From: Phoronis australis
Taxonomy: Eukaryota; Animalia; Phoronida
DNA length: 64,000 bases
Direction of reading: 5' to 3'
NCBI GenBank assembly: GCA_002633005.1
Contig: NMRA01000093.1
Location: forward strand, 376,567-440,566
Positions 34,759-48,900 of the stretch are shown piece by piece (the first letter of the stretch is position 1; every line of letters begins with the position of its first letter). The notes beneath the pieces are model-generated. The model saw nothing but the letters and a program-made list of their open reading frames with translations, ran no database searches and was not told the origin of the DNA. The translations under genes were made by a program, and so were the position numbers.

Positions 34759-37700
34759 CTGGCCAAATTATCTGATGTTATTCCCGGCAAGTACGTCGTC
34801 TGCTAATCATGGTCAGCTGATGTGTCGTCACAATACACTAACCGGAAACTGAAACAGATAATTTAGGAGAGTGGCGTCTCCTGTAGGATAGTACGCAAAA
34901 AAATGTCGGAGTTGCGAATCTGTTGTCTATTATCTATGATGGTACTCGATATGCCTCGCCTTTTCAAACTACCCTTCGTCATAAACACTTTACTCTACGG
35001 TTTTGAAAACCAAATGCACATTGTTGGTCTTTTAGCTATTTTTGGCAGCAAAGTAGGTTTGAGTTGAAAACTGTCGTACCTGCTTCATACACTTAAGGTT
35101 ATGCAGAACCCTATAAAAATGGCCAAATTTGGCTGATTTTGAAACATCAAAAATGGCTTATCGAATTCATATGAAACTTTCAGATATTATGATTTATGCA
35201 CTGTTCTCAAAAAAGCTTTTAAGGTTAAGCTTAAAATGTTCCACTTTTGCATAATGTGCCATCAAAATATAAATCTTTTATGCTTTTTGTGCTTTTCTAA
35301 AAGTCATGGTCATGTGACCCAATTAACAACAGATTTGTAAAAAGTCAAAAATCGAATTTTGCAGGCTTTCTGCTTTCATAAAATATATACATAACTTGAA
35401 ATCTCTGGTTTTATAGATATTTTGCTAAATGCCCAGATTTGTGCGTCAAGTCCAACATAACCGTAATGCTAACAAAACAAAAACGAACTTTTAAATTAAC
35501 ATCTACCTTTATACTCAATATCGACATTTTTTGTTCTACTTTTGTGCGAACTCAAAGTAAATCATTATTCTGTACTCGAGTACATTATTGTTTACACGGA
35601 TGACTGTCTAATTCTAGTTTGCACTTATTGACCCCAGCATTAAAGCTCTAAGCTCGTGCATGGACTCAAAATTTCAAGTTTTTACTCGAGTTTGTAGCTC
35701 GAATCTACTAAGGTAATCAAGTGCAAACTTGCGCTAGACACTCCCCCGTGTGAACCATAACTGGCTCCAGACACTCACATTGAATTCGTACTAAAGTAAA
35801 CCAGATAATGTCAAATAAGTTCGAGTGCACTAAATAGTGTTTGTAAATCCAAAAGATCTCCGGGAACCGGTTCCCCAAAGCAAGCGTGGGAGGAACCATT
35901 GCATTTGCACTCTGTGATTTTAGTCGAAAGTCAATAACATGTGGTGCATTTGTAATATACTTAGGAAATACGTATTCAACACAGGTCACTCCAACGATCG
36001 ATCGGCTAAATAGTGGGAAGAAAAGGACAATTCATCTCTAGCCTTAGTGGTTGAGTTATTACATGGACGTAAAACGTACGACTCTGGTATCAAAATATCA
36101 CGGAGAAAGGCTTTTTAATTGGGCTCGACCCAAAAGCACACCCAAAGCCGGTTGAAATGCCCTGAAATCACACTGCATAAACTAACTCTTGATAACGACC
36201 ACCTACCGGGGATTTCCAAAAGACTCCACACCAACATAAAGTCCCCATGGGCGGGTGCTCTTTCGGAAACCAGACCCCAAAAACATCTCCATAGGGCTCT
36301 TTCGGGGAAGTTTTGCATTTCTGACATGGAACAAAGGTATGGGAAATGAGGTAAGATGTCATTTTTTCTCAAATTTAGTCTTAAAAGAACCATTAAAATG
36401 CTTTATGGTAATCGATGATTTGACAACGGAGGCGTCGCTGGTATTCACACGCTAATATTATGTTGGGATATAGTTAGGTTGCCACTCACGCTTAAAATGG
36501 TGATACACTCACAAGGCTTCGGACGCAAACTGGAACTCGTTCGGTCTAACCGGGATCCCCTGAATACATACCATTTATGAGTTGATTGTTCGAATTTCCA
36601 GTGGCGTCACTTACTCGTCTTAAAAAATTGTCAAATGAAGGTGTTTTGGTCGGCAATGCAAGTTACCGAAAGAGTCCACCACCTGTTTTCCGAAAGGGAC
36701 TCATGGTGGCTTTTTTGTTGGGGCGCACTTTTGAAAACCCTCGGCACTATGATATATAGTACCGACATGTAATTTAAGCTAATACTTCCAGCCAATCAAT
36801 TCAAATGGCGGGAATCATCCGATACCACAACGATAGTTCGCCATCTTACTTCCACTAACGAAATTGTTGAGGTGGTTTGTACGATGCATTTGGGACACGT
36901 GCATGGAGATCGATGGAATACTGGGAAAGAAAGAATAAACATGCCCGTTCGCTGATCAAAGCATTTACGACTAGATAAATATTCACATGGATAAGCTAAA
37001 GATTATTATCGAGTTTCTACGGACAAATAAGCACAAAATGAAAAGACATTCACCAGCATTACGTTTTGCAAATGTACTTCTTTATTTTTTTAACAATTTC
37101 TAATGTGAATTAACACTTAAACGTGGAACCACTTACGGAAAAGCTAACCAAGACAAGTAAAGCCGCAATGAATCAGGGTTATGTCTAACTAGCTAACTCT
37201 TAATGTAGACCCCTGACCGCTATAAAATTGGTTTCCATTGTTCCGTGGTCAGATGAGAAGTGCAAAGAAATGGTAATTTGTTTTTCATTGAGATCATGCG
37301 GCATCCAATATGATATGAAGAGCATGGGCAAGGGATCTAACATTTGTACTCGAAATCGAATGTCTCGAAATTATTTTTGACATCTTTGTTCTATTTAAGA
37401 TAAATGTCTATTGTTTTGTGCTTGAATAAACCATGGTTTACGTGGATGACTGTCTTGTCCTGGTGTGTGGTTTATGACACTAACATTAACGCTACAAGAG
37501 TGAACACTAAATTTTGAGTTTTCGCTCTAAAAATGTCTCGATTTTTACTCGAGTTAATAGTACAAAATTCGTGTGTCACCAACTACGATCTTGGACTAGA
37601 TACTTATTAGCATAAACCATAGCATACTTGAGCAGAGAAAAACACGCTTATCTTGCTTTCACACCAAAATGAACGAAGAATGTAAAAAAATATTTCGAGT

Positions 37701-38558
37701 TCGATTTCCAGTACAAAGATTAGACCCTTCCCTGTACTCACTAAAGCTATTTTGTGATGCCGATGTACGACTGGATCAACTGTGGACGCTAAAAAAACGT
37801 TCAAATGCAGTTAAATTGCCACAATAAGCTGTGCTTTGAAATGGATAACCGGAGTACCTAACGTTGAGCGTAACACCAAATTTCTGTCCTAAGTCTCGCG
37901 TCACACACCCAGGCTCAATAAATTGACTTGACGCCGCTAATCACTTTAGAATGGTTTCGACAGATAAGACAGAAATTAAGATCGGATAAACACACACACA
38001 TGTTGAATACTGAGGAATGATGGTAAATTTTCGTCCTGTGGGCTTCATGATTTTTATTTTTAGTGACAACTTGAGTAGGACTACTTCAACAATTACGTGT
38101 GATAACTGATATAAAAAAAAATATTCTTACTTCATTTGTGATTATTTGAGCAAATTATTAGGAAGTATTTGAGACGTCATTGCCGTTTGTTGACGATTGC
38201 AGTGCCTTCTCGCGATATTCGATTGGACCGAAGTTAAGCGTTCATAGTGCGCAGCATCGACGCTGCCCTGACTCCATCTGGTAACTGCGATGTTAACTGG
38301 AGCTGTTAACTTCGATCCAGGTCCGGAGTTAAGCGTCCATACTCACTGACCGCAACTCCCCAAACCATCGACGCGTCGACGTTAGCTATGAAAGGCCCTT
38401 AAGGGAAGAAATTGCTTCTCATTTGAGTAATTAGTAACAATCAACAAAACAACGAGTGCTTGGTCAAAAATTTAGAGGAAGACGTTCCGGCATAGATGTG
38501 CTTTATAACTTCTTCCATATTATCACGTGTTGTAGAAAGGGAGCCATTGACACCAATA

Positions 38559-38847
38559 CAGGGGCGGATCCAGGATTTTGAATTAGGGGGGCCAGGGCAC
38601 AGGAATAACCAGAATTTAGGTAGATGCGCGGGCCCAGCCTAAATTGTGAGGATGCAGGGGTCTCAAATTTTGGGTTTGCGGACCTGTTGACTAAAAAATA
38701 TGGTAAACGGGTTTGTTCAGGGCCTATGCATTGTTTATTCACCCCCCGAGCCCCCTTGGTTGCTCGTAGCAATTCGCATCCGAACTCCCAAGTGCTATGT
38801 GGTACAATTTTAGGGGCCCATGCCCCCCCCCCCTAAATCCGCCACTG
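38559..38847. mobile_element. CAGGGGCGGAT-type MITE (hAT-like) with 5-bp TSD
   Basis: CAATA|CAGGGGCGGATCCAGG...CCTAAATCCGCCACTG|CAATA. Confidence 0.88.
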
Positions 38848-40656
38848 CAATATGGATCAAATTGGACCGTGCATTGAGCAGCAATTTTACTACAGTGCGG
38901 ATTTTTGTTTTCCAAGCAATTCGTCAGTTGTTTTTGTAAGCGCTTAATCCCGGTGATATTGCATTTAGCCCACTGAAACAATTAATTGTAACGATATATG
39001 CTTTAAGCAATAGGTCCAAATTTCTGATTCTAACATTGACAACGTTTTTGATTTTGTGGTACACAGAATAAATTTCCGCACTACCATCCGAGTGAAATTT
39101 AAATTTGTTTTGAAAAAAACGTGCCACCGTCAGCCCTACAGAACTGCGCCGAAGAAAATGTGCGACTTCCAAGTTGCATTTGGTATTAAAGTCTATAACG
39201 AACCATCATCAGCATAATCACAAAAACGCTTTGATAGTCTTCGACAGTTTAACATTCACAGAATGTTTGTGGTGTATATTCAAAACAACGAGTCACGTGA
39301 CTAATCGGTACGAGCAGCGCTAAGGTAAGCCCTTGGTCGAACGGGTACCTTTTTCATTCCTGTACGCCCAATGTTTGTGACCTATCAGTCCTGATGTGAC
39401 GCGAAGCCTACATGTCAGGACACAGGATTAGGAGATATACGAGATTTTTCGAGAAATTTTTGAAGGGTGCTAAAGTATAACTGAGTGGTAGTTTGACACT
39501 AGTAACTGTCAAATCGATAGCACGGTGGGGCTAACATGTAGAATAGAGGGGCGTTTTAGCGCCCTCTCGAAGCCTTGATGGTTGGTTACAGAATTCCGCT
39601 TAAGGTACTAGTATACAGAAGATCATACATTGTAGGCCTATATTGGTTGCTATTATATATATTTCATAGATATGATATATACCATACATAGACAGATTGT
39701 CTATATCATTTCACCTGTCATTGCGCACGTATTTAGCAGTAGACTTCAGAATCCATTAACTTGGAACTATGCAATAAATAATGCTCATATCAACTGTGTT
39801 CTTGACCCGATCATGTAAATGATATTTAGATAACCGCAAAAATCTCAGCCGAAATCTGACAAATCATCAAGAAGCACGTGATCTAATTAGGCGTATCCAA
39901 GCGCGCATGTCTAACAATAGCATGTATATTGTAGACAGAAATGGCGAATAGGCATCCCCTCCGGTTGGTACCAAAAAAGAGCGTCTGAATATCGCTTTGA
40001 GGACTTTCACGAAGATTTGTTGCACTTAAGACATTTTGGTTGCCCCCTCACTAATTCCTATATCGGCCTAAGTGCATTATCTCTTATTTTTAAAGTTTTT
40101 TATTAGTTTGAGTTAATGCGAGTGATAGTGTTGGCCCTACGGATTAAGTGGACTAACGTCTGATTATAAATTTTACGTGTACATCTAATTACCGTGCAGG
40201 GCTGTGAGCGAGTGGAGAACCCTATGGGCCCGTGATCGAAATACCACGTTTTTCGGGTTTTGTACACATGTTCACAAGACTCGGTCTTCCGTGTATCTTC
40301 ATGTTATTATTCAGTCGTATCGCTGTTGAATTTCAATTTTAAATACCGAATTGTTTATATACAATGGATGAGCAATACATAAAAAATATAATACCAGGAA
40401 ACGTGAGGATATCCACAGTTATACTTCCAGTGTATGGATTATTTTTTCACGTAGATCATCTGTGTAGTATTATCCACACTAATAACGATAAATTCTGATT
40501 GCATTTTCCTTTCATAGAAGCCGACTTACCAACAGAACCCGGTCTCTTAGAAGATTAAAAAAACGCCGTGTCTCGGAAAAGGTTGAATGAAGTCCCGTCC
40601 ACAATCAGACTTACCCTGGAACAACTTGTGCACTACCGCTTTAAGTGGAGCGTCCA

Positions 40657-40670
40657 CACACATGCGCACG

Positions 40671-40717
<47 letters not shown>
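40657..40717. repeat. (CA)n microsatellite
   Basis: Direct inspection. Confidence 0.95.
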
Positions 40718-40718
<1 letters not shown>

Positions 40719-43700
40719 ATCCGACGGTTGTCGCTTTGTGCATGACAAGAGACTCGCTGGTCCCCTACGTGCCTAGCCAGCACACATGTATCACGCAGTG
40801 GCACGCGCTTTAGCATTGGTTGATGTAACCTCAGCAGTCATTGGTTAGCTTTACAACACCGTGAAAAAATGGCGAATTGTGAACGATTTTTAGTCTTGTT
40901 TTGCAAGTGGCGACGCAGCAACTATTTCGTTTCTGCAGAGATGTTTAATAGCCGTGTGCTTGAAGCACATATATGTACAATAAACACTATCTGGCTGATT
41001 TAACCGTTGCGGTATTCATACTGTATGAATACAGGACAGTATCGTAAACAAAAGTCATCGACAGTAGAAAGATGCACTCCAAAAAAGCGCAACCACAATT
41101 TCTAGGATTCACATTTCCTGAACATGAATTTTAAGAACCGATTTGTCTGTACAACAGACCACATTTACACTTCAGTCCATCACTCATGCCTGTTGAGAAT
41201 TCGACCAGCCAATCAGAAACGCCAGTGTAAAAAAAATTTCCCGAAGAAAATTAAGTGATACCTGCGTGCTGGCTATCGACCCCTAGCGGCACGCAGGAAA
41301 CCAGCGAGGACAATAGACTGCTGATGCGAATACGGCGTAAAGGATGACCCGTTTATATGTAACTGCGGCACTTGGGCCTTGTCCCGGGTTTATGGTCAGA
41401 GAGGCGATTAGAAGTGGCGCAACCTCACTTACCCTAGAACAATACCCTACGTCGATAAGGTGGGGTAAGCTGTCAAAAGTGGGGCAATCAGTTAGTTTAA
41501 GTAGCGCCCAAACCTAGCGACAACTCGTTCCAGAAGTACCTTGTTTTATGGCAAGTCTGTGGGTGGACGGCACTACACAGATTAATCATCCGGGTTCTTA
41601 TGTATTTCTAGTCTGAGTGTTTTTACTACATGTAGTTCCTGATGTGCTTCTAAGTGCGCGTGTGTGTGGACGGGACTTAAATTGAGTAATCGTGCCCTGA
41701 GTTGTGAATTCTTAATATCCCTAGAATCAGTGATGTTAAATCATGCACGATCAGCAATATTGAAATAAAATAAATTGGACGTCTTGGCTGGAACTGTAAG
41801 TCAATGTTCGCGTCAGGCGCCCTCGTTACTCACAAACGTTCTTCGTCAGCTACAGTAAGACTGGCGCCTAATCCGAAAACCATTTATATTCAAATAAGTA
41901 TTTCTCTTAATGTAAGACTTTCTTGGTCCGAGAAAAGCCGAAGTTATGCAGACTGCGTTGTTTATGCACACCATTAACGAGATGTCAACTGATTCGATAT
42001 TATAATGTTTGGACAAATATTACGTCTCGATGCTGTAATAACTTTAACGGGGTAGTGCCGAAGTCATGATGAAAATTAACAAGGCTATCGCATTAATTTT
42101 TCATTTATCTTATGACGCTCGGTCCACCAGTGTTTCCGCTTGACGAGCGCCAGGAAGTACAGCTACTGCAGTAAGAGAGTTTTTGTGTGAGGACATTTCC
42201 AAGGTAATAGGGCTCGGTTGGGTGAAAGCACAGAATAGAGTTCAAGAAATCGAGTTCATGGAAATCCAAGAATATTATGACTGAACAGAACATACCAACA
42301 GCATGGCGTCGCTTGGTTTTGTATTGCCCTCATAAGTGGTGAGAAGACGCTAATCCATTCAATGATTTCTGTACCACTCTACATCATAGTGGATGACTCA
42401 TTATTGTGTATATTATGCAATTTACTGATATACAGAGCAATTTGTTCTAGTGCTCATAAATCTAAACAGAAACTCAGCATGACGATTATCAGAAACGACT
42501 GTCGGGGAACTACGCGGTTCTGTCGACCAGCTTTTTGGCAACGAACACGGAATGACGCTTGTCCCTTACACCAGTCTCTTAACCCAATGTCCTTTTCGAG
42601 CTAAAACACGAGTTTTTGTTTAACCCTTACAAAGAAAATCAGCAATATTCAGATCGGGAATCAAAGAGCAGAGCACGACGATGGACATACCACGCTTACC
42701 AGACGTTGGTGGTTGAAGACAGCGTTGTCTTCAGCGGTACATGAACAGTAAACGTGCAGTAACTTTAGTTCGCTATCGTTCACTATTGAAAAACCATAAT
42801 GTACATGTACAGAATTTAGAAAGCCCGCAGGCCATATCTCGTTTTAGGAAAAAATACTTACTAAATTCACTAACTTCTAATTTATTTAAGTTTCAGAATA
42901 ACGATTGCGCATCAACTTCACTTGAGTTTTTCTCAGGCTTAAAGAATTTCCACGTCTAAAATTAATAAATGCCAAATATCGTTGTGTATTCAATGAGACG
43001 TGGTGAAAATTTGCTTCAAAATCGCGTACAGACTTTTAATTGTGTAGCAAAATAGTGTGTTGTTTTACAGGTAATAAAAAATTAAGGACCAAATCAGACA
43101 TGAACGCCGTTCCGCCACTGAAAGGTGTCATTTTTAAAAATCGCTTCCTATCAGTAAAGTTCTGTTTCCGCTTCAGTGCACAGACGTTCCTTTCGTGGCG
43201 GTGAGAAAACGTTCTTTCATTACGTCTTTAATTCGACGCTGGCTATTGTGAAACCAATATATGTTATATCTTATTGCGAAACCAATATCTTATACGTTAC
43301 ACGATGAAAAAGAACAGGTGCCAAGAGTTCCTCCGAGCAGGTGTCAGCAGAGAACTGCTGAAAATATACGTAATTGCGAGAGATTGAGAACTTCCCCAAA
43401 AGCAAACATAAAAATTGCCACGGAAAATCTATAGCGTTAATGCATTGCTATTGTGAATAATTTTGATCGGTAACGAACACCAAGATTACGAGCATTGTCT
43501 CATAAATAGCTAAATATCGATTTTCAAATAACACGACTTGACAAATGTCAAGGTACAAGAGTTGTAACTACGCTGATTAAGGACGATTCTTTTCATTGAC
43601 TGCGCTTAAAACATTCATATACTGTGTAAACTAAACAAGTCAGTGACTTAAAAGTCACCGTAATGAGCAGCCAAACTTAATTAACGTGTCATTCGAATAA

Positions 43701-44649
43701 ACAAATAAACTATTTTTGTGTCTCGTGTTTTAAGTACTTCGTAACGGATGTGATCTAAGAAAAAAATAGCACAGCGTGTTTCGAGGAACGCAAGATCAAG
43801 TATCGCACTTCTTGTTTGTTGATAACGAAAATCGATTAATCTGAAATTACATTGTTCAAGATGTCTTCACGAGATGTAACACTATAGCGTTAGAAAGATA
43901 CTTTTAGCTGTGTGTTACGTTATAGGCCAGTGGCGGATTCAGGGTGGTCAAAAGACCACGATCCCCACCTAACTTTGCGCCAATTAAGTTCCAGCAAATA
44001 CATTCGTTCTCTTTAGAGACTCTTTGCGTGGTTACGCTCTCAACTCATGAAAACACTGGTGATCGCAGTTCTTTCTCAAGAATCCTAAACAACTACAGTT
44101 CTCTTTCTTTGTAACAGCAGAATTAGGTGTATGGGAATTTCTGTCATGCGTTTTACCACAGGACTGTCACTAAGTGCTCAAAGTAAAGCCTCCGATTTTT
44201 TTTCATTTTTGACAGCCAAACTCTATCGAGCTTAAAAGTCTTGACAGAAAATTGTTATTCGTAACAAGGGCGCGGATTACGTCAGCGCCACAAGTCAAAT
44301 CAAATGTACACTAAGAAGTCATTCAAGGTAACATGATTTGGAAATATCCTAGGATTAATTATATTTTAGTAGAAAACTTAAGTTAGAATAAGCTAGACTA
44401 TTCTTTTTCATTTTAACGGAAATTTTTCTTACCAGGTTAAGTCTTCTCTGTTGTGCCTGACCTAGCTGTGTTGGTATAAGCTGATATTATCTAAACTGCA
44501 TGGACCGCCAACTTATATTCAATGAACAAAATTTGTGACCTTGCGCACAAGCCGAGACCACCGGAAGGTCACTAATCACGCGCGGCGTCTGGTGTTAAGC
44601 ACTTTTTTCCTCCGGCAAGTACATGTACTGTACGTCGTCGAGCGGCACA

Positions 44650-45830
44650 GAACAGTTTTGCCTAGCAGAACACACACCAATGGACTTGTCACCTCGTCAC
44701 TCTGTCGAAAACCGTATGCAAAGAATGAAAAACTTCCCATCATAAGCATTACAGATGAGCGCAGAAAATTTATTCTGTACTGTACTTTTTGTCCCTTTCA
44801 CTCCTACTGAAAAACAGGGTAGGCTGGGAAAAAGGGACAAAAAACGCAAAACAGACACTTTTCACCCCAAGACCACCAATTTCCTGCCGATGCATGACAT
44901 AAGTCAACATCAGATTGTGAAAGTAAATTTCCTGTAAATTGCAAAAAATGTAGTCCAAAAGTACTGTCAAGCAGTCTCAGTCGCTACCCAGCAATGTTCA
45001 AATGGTAGCACTGAACAGTTAGGCTGTAGCCACAGGGCATTTTCTAGTCCTCTAGAATTTAAATACAGTGTGTGTGTGTCAGGTTTGGCCGGTGGTTTGA
45101 GGAATTTGTTGAAAACAATTGCCAGGAAATTGATTTACTTATGTTTTTGAATGAGAAAAGCCAAATTTTTTAGCCATGACCTACTTTCCATGCAAAATGG
45201 TGGCTGTCGTTTGCTTTCAACCCCTGTCGCCTGCTTACTGAGAAACCGGGTGCGATTTCAGGTGGCTGTCAGACAGATCGAAATCACCAAAAAAGTAGCT
45301 AGTAAGGGCGTACTACGACATTTTCAAAATCTAGAGAGAACGAGCATTCTAAATCTGTTGTCAGATTTTTGCACTTGCAGGGATGTAGTAGATTTGGGGA
45401 GAAAACTGTCAAATTTGGTGGTTTGGTCTTATTTTTGTGTGCCGGTATTTTTTCCCGATGTGAATTAAGCGATTAAAAATCTGTAGCATAATTAAGTTTT
45501 AGTTATCATGAGTAGTGCTTTTGAATTGGGAACGCCAAAGAACCTTTTGTTTTTTCAGACTCTTCATAAGGACGTGAGATAAGGACTCGTCTCCACTTGG
45601 GTGCGTGTCGGCAGCCAAAAGCCTGTAACAACTGTAGTATGCCTTCAATTGAACATGGGGCCGCCATCGTGAAGAGTGCAGCTCCAACCGAGCAAGTGGT
45701 CTTTTCGCATTCCCAACATGTTCACAAATACAAACAAACCAGATTCACTGAGCCCACATGCAAGTACCCCAAGCCTGGCCTACCACTAGAATTTATTTTT
45801 TGAAACTTCAAATTGACCGCGGCTGCAGCT
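44650..45830 (-). repeat. Dispersed repeat related to 6900-7525, with an internal inverted homologous segment
   Basis: Outer parts are the reverse complement of 6940-7520. The inner part ~45190-45440 resembles 7075-7320 in the direct orientation. Confidence 0.65.
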
Positions 45831-46089
45831 GTTCAGCGCCACCTCTGCTCGGTAATCGGAAGCTGAAGTTGTGCATAGGAAGAGAGTGGTACATGTACCT
45901 GCTGTGGGAATTCCATAAGAAAATAAAGGAGTTTAAACTTTTTTATGAATGTGATAATACTTAAAATTTTTCAAATGAGGTTGGAGCAGCAGTTTTAAAT
46001 GCATAATATAAATCTGTTTAATTTGCTGGTCAACAAATAATTCCAATAAACTGTGTTCTACATCAGGAACTGATGTCTCTCTGGAAAGT

Positions 46090-47990
46090 AATACATCTTT
46101 TGTCCATGGCGTATCAATCTAATCAGGTGCAAAGTCGTGCATGCTATTGGCTCTATCATTAATCGGACTATCTGAAATTTTCATTACCTTGACCAGAGCA
46201 ATGTACTTTATCCAATTGCTTAGTTTGTATCTTTCCTTTAAAACCTCCCAGGATAATAATTTATTTTCGAAATCTAATAAGTCTTGAACAAAAACAATTC
46301 CAGCATTGTAATAGTTGATGCATAATTAGATTTTAAGATTAAACAACTTCCATACTGTCTATAAATATATTTAGGCAATATATCCCATTCTTTATTTTTT
46401 CCTTCTAAAAACGTTTATTCCATTTAATTAACAAGGATTTATACAAAATGTTGACATCTGTAACAGCTAAGCCCCCTCTTTCCCTGCTATTTACAGCAAT
46501 AACTCTTCTAACTCTTGAGGGGTTTATTTTGCCATATGAAACCCTGGATAATATTATTTATCTCCCATCGTTTGTTAAGAGGCATATCTAATCTATTCAT
46601 AACATAAATTATTTTGGACATAGCAAGCGTTTTGATCACCTCAATTATTCCAAATAAGGAAATATTTTGGCTTTTCCATATATCTAATTTTTTTATTTTT
46701 TTATTTTTGTCATCATAACCATTAGCATTGTTTCTTTCCTTATTGTGTCCAAAATATATGCCCAAACATTTGAGTGGCTTTCCAGTCCATTTAAAGTTAT
46801 ACAAAATTTCATTGCATTCTTTATCTTTGCCAAGATGGAGGCCTTCACGCTTATTTGGATTTAACTTTAGTCCAGAGACTTCCCCAAAACTTTGAAAGAA
46901 GTCTAGTAAATTAGAACCCGATGTCTTGTCTTGAAGAAATATTGTTGTATCGTCAGCATACTGCAATATCTTAAATTCATATCCTTCAATATTAATATCT
47001 CTAATTAAATTACTTTTTCTAATATAATTCGCCATTACGTCGACACATAAACAAAATAACTGACCTGACAATGAGTCTCCTTGTCTGACACCTCTTTTAA
47101 GTTTAACGTGGTCAGTGGACAAGCCATTGTTAATCACACAGGAAATGGGGTTGTTATAGAGAATGTTAACCCATTTTTTTTAAATTGGGGCCAAAATTAA
47201 AGGCATTCAAAACCTTATGAATAAATTTCCATTCAATTTTGTCATACGCTTTTTGAAGTCCAAAAATAGGATGTGGCCTTGAACTTTATTTAACTTTGTA
47301 TATGCAATAACATCTTCAATTATTCTTATATTGTAACCAATAAATCTCTCTTTAACAGCACTTTGATTAATATGTATCAACTGATGTATACAAGTATTTA
47401 CACGTGACGTCAGAACTTTGGTTAACAGTTTGTAATCAATGTTTAACAATGTTATTGGTCTCCGGAAATCTAATGACTGTAATTCTGAGTCATCTTTAGA
47501 CTTAGGTATAACAGTTATAATTCCTCTATTTTGTGAGGGAGACAAACTTCCAACTTAAAGGCTGTATTCAAAAGACTCAAAAAGAGGACCCTTAATTTCT
47601 TCCCAAAAACATTTATAAAACTCATAACTCAAACCATCCGTTCCTGGCGATTTGTTGTTCTTAGTATTTTTAAAGTTTCATAAAATTCAGCTTGTGTAAA
47701 ATCCCTATCTAGAAATTCAGTATCATTGACTGATAGAGTGTCGGGCAATTCAAACATATTGAGAAAATTTAAATTTGTTTCCAAATTGCTATTATCACTG
47801 CTATACAACTTAGAGCAATAATCGTATATGTCCTTCCTTATTAAGCCCTGGCCTCTAATAAATTGTTCATTATTACCTGTATGCTCTGTAATACATTTTT
47901 TCTTGTAGTTCCTTTTTTCCAAGTTGCCAAAATATTTGAAGTTACCTTCTCCATTTTCTATCCATTGAGCTCTTTTTATGAAGGTGTTTC
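46090..47990 (-). mobile_element. Decayed, 5'-truncated L1/Tx1-clade LINE ORF2 (reverse transcriptase)
   Basis: Frameshifted fragments: RAQWIENGE.NFKYF.NLEKRN, RPITLLNIDYKLLTKVL, LFLDFKK, RGVRQGDSLS..LF, ILQYADDTTIF, SGLKLN, KCLGIYF. Confidence 0.9.
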
Positions 47991-48009
47991 CAATCTTTAA
48001 TCTATTATC

Positions 48010-48900
48010 TACGCTGTCACAGAGCAACGGCCTGTGTAATGTACAGACATAGACTAGGAGGCAAACCACACAAGCTTTCTGTAAACCAGTATTGATGAGG
48101 GCTGCTGCGGTAAAAGCCAATACACTTACAAAGTAATTGGTCATGATATTAAGGAAGTAAAGAGCCCCGTTGGATTTTCTCTGAGGCAGCCCGTATTGAG
48201 ACATTCAATTTACTTTTGCAATATTAACGGTCTGCGGGAATGAGATTTCCTTTCGATCAACATGTAGATAGATACTAAAACTGGTAATATTGGTTTAAAA
48301 TTTTGAAGTGCTCGGAAAATAAGTACATATATGTTAAAATGTGCTGTTCTATCAATACGAAATGTCTAAATTGGGTAAATATCGTTGGGCACTTCAAGTT
48401 AAAAATATTCTATTTGCGTATCTTTTTAGAGTTGTTTGGTGCTCCCAAGGAGTTGCAAATGAGATTGTACTTTTAAGCGTTCTAAACAGCGTTGAACATT
48501 ACATGTGGCAAGTTAAATGTATAGAGATTATTCAAGCCGACTCTCATGCTTCAAATGCTTCAAGCTTAAAATTGCTATTCACAGAAAAACACTGGCGAAA
48601 TTGGATTTGCTAATCACTTGCTGATGGTTGCGATGGGACGGTATCTAGGAATCTCAGGTGAGGAAAAATTATGCCCTTGAGAGTTGTGAGATGAGCGTCA
48701 TTAAGAGTGAACACCATTTCTTGTATTGCCCTTTGCATGAGGATCTTCGACGGAAGTTTAACATTCCAATTGCTGTAATAGGTGTAGCACTTGTTTTTGG
48801 TAGTTTGATGAGTTCACATTACATAATCAATGCAGCCAAGTTCCTAGTCCATGCAGAGAAACAGAGATGTACTGTATTAGATGTTGAACTGTACTTTTTT
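48010..48900 (+). mobile_element. 3' fragment of a non-LTR retrotransposon (RTE-X/CR1-like C-terminal CCHC region)
   Basis: Fragments WALQVKNILF...VWCSQGVANE..L and SCEMSVIKSEHHFLYCPLHEDLRRKF resemble C..C....E.E.HF...CP.Y...R. Clade assignment is uncertain. Confidence 0.65.

Noticed and set aside
47629-48204. 191-aa ORF as a novel membrane-anchored protein
   Set aside because: It is a chimeric read-through. The N-terminal half is the antisense of the plus-strand LINE fragment and the C-terminal half is L1 ORF2.
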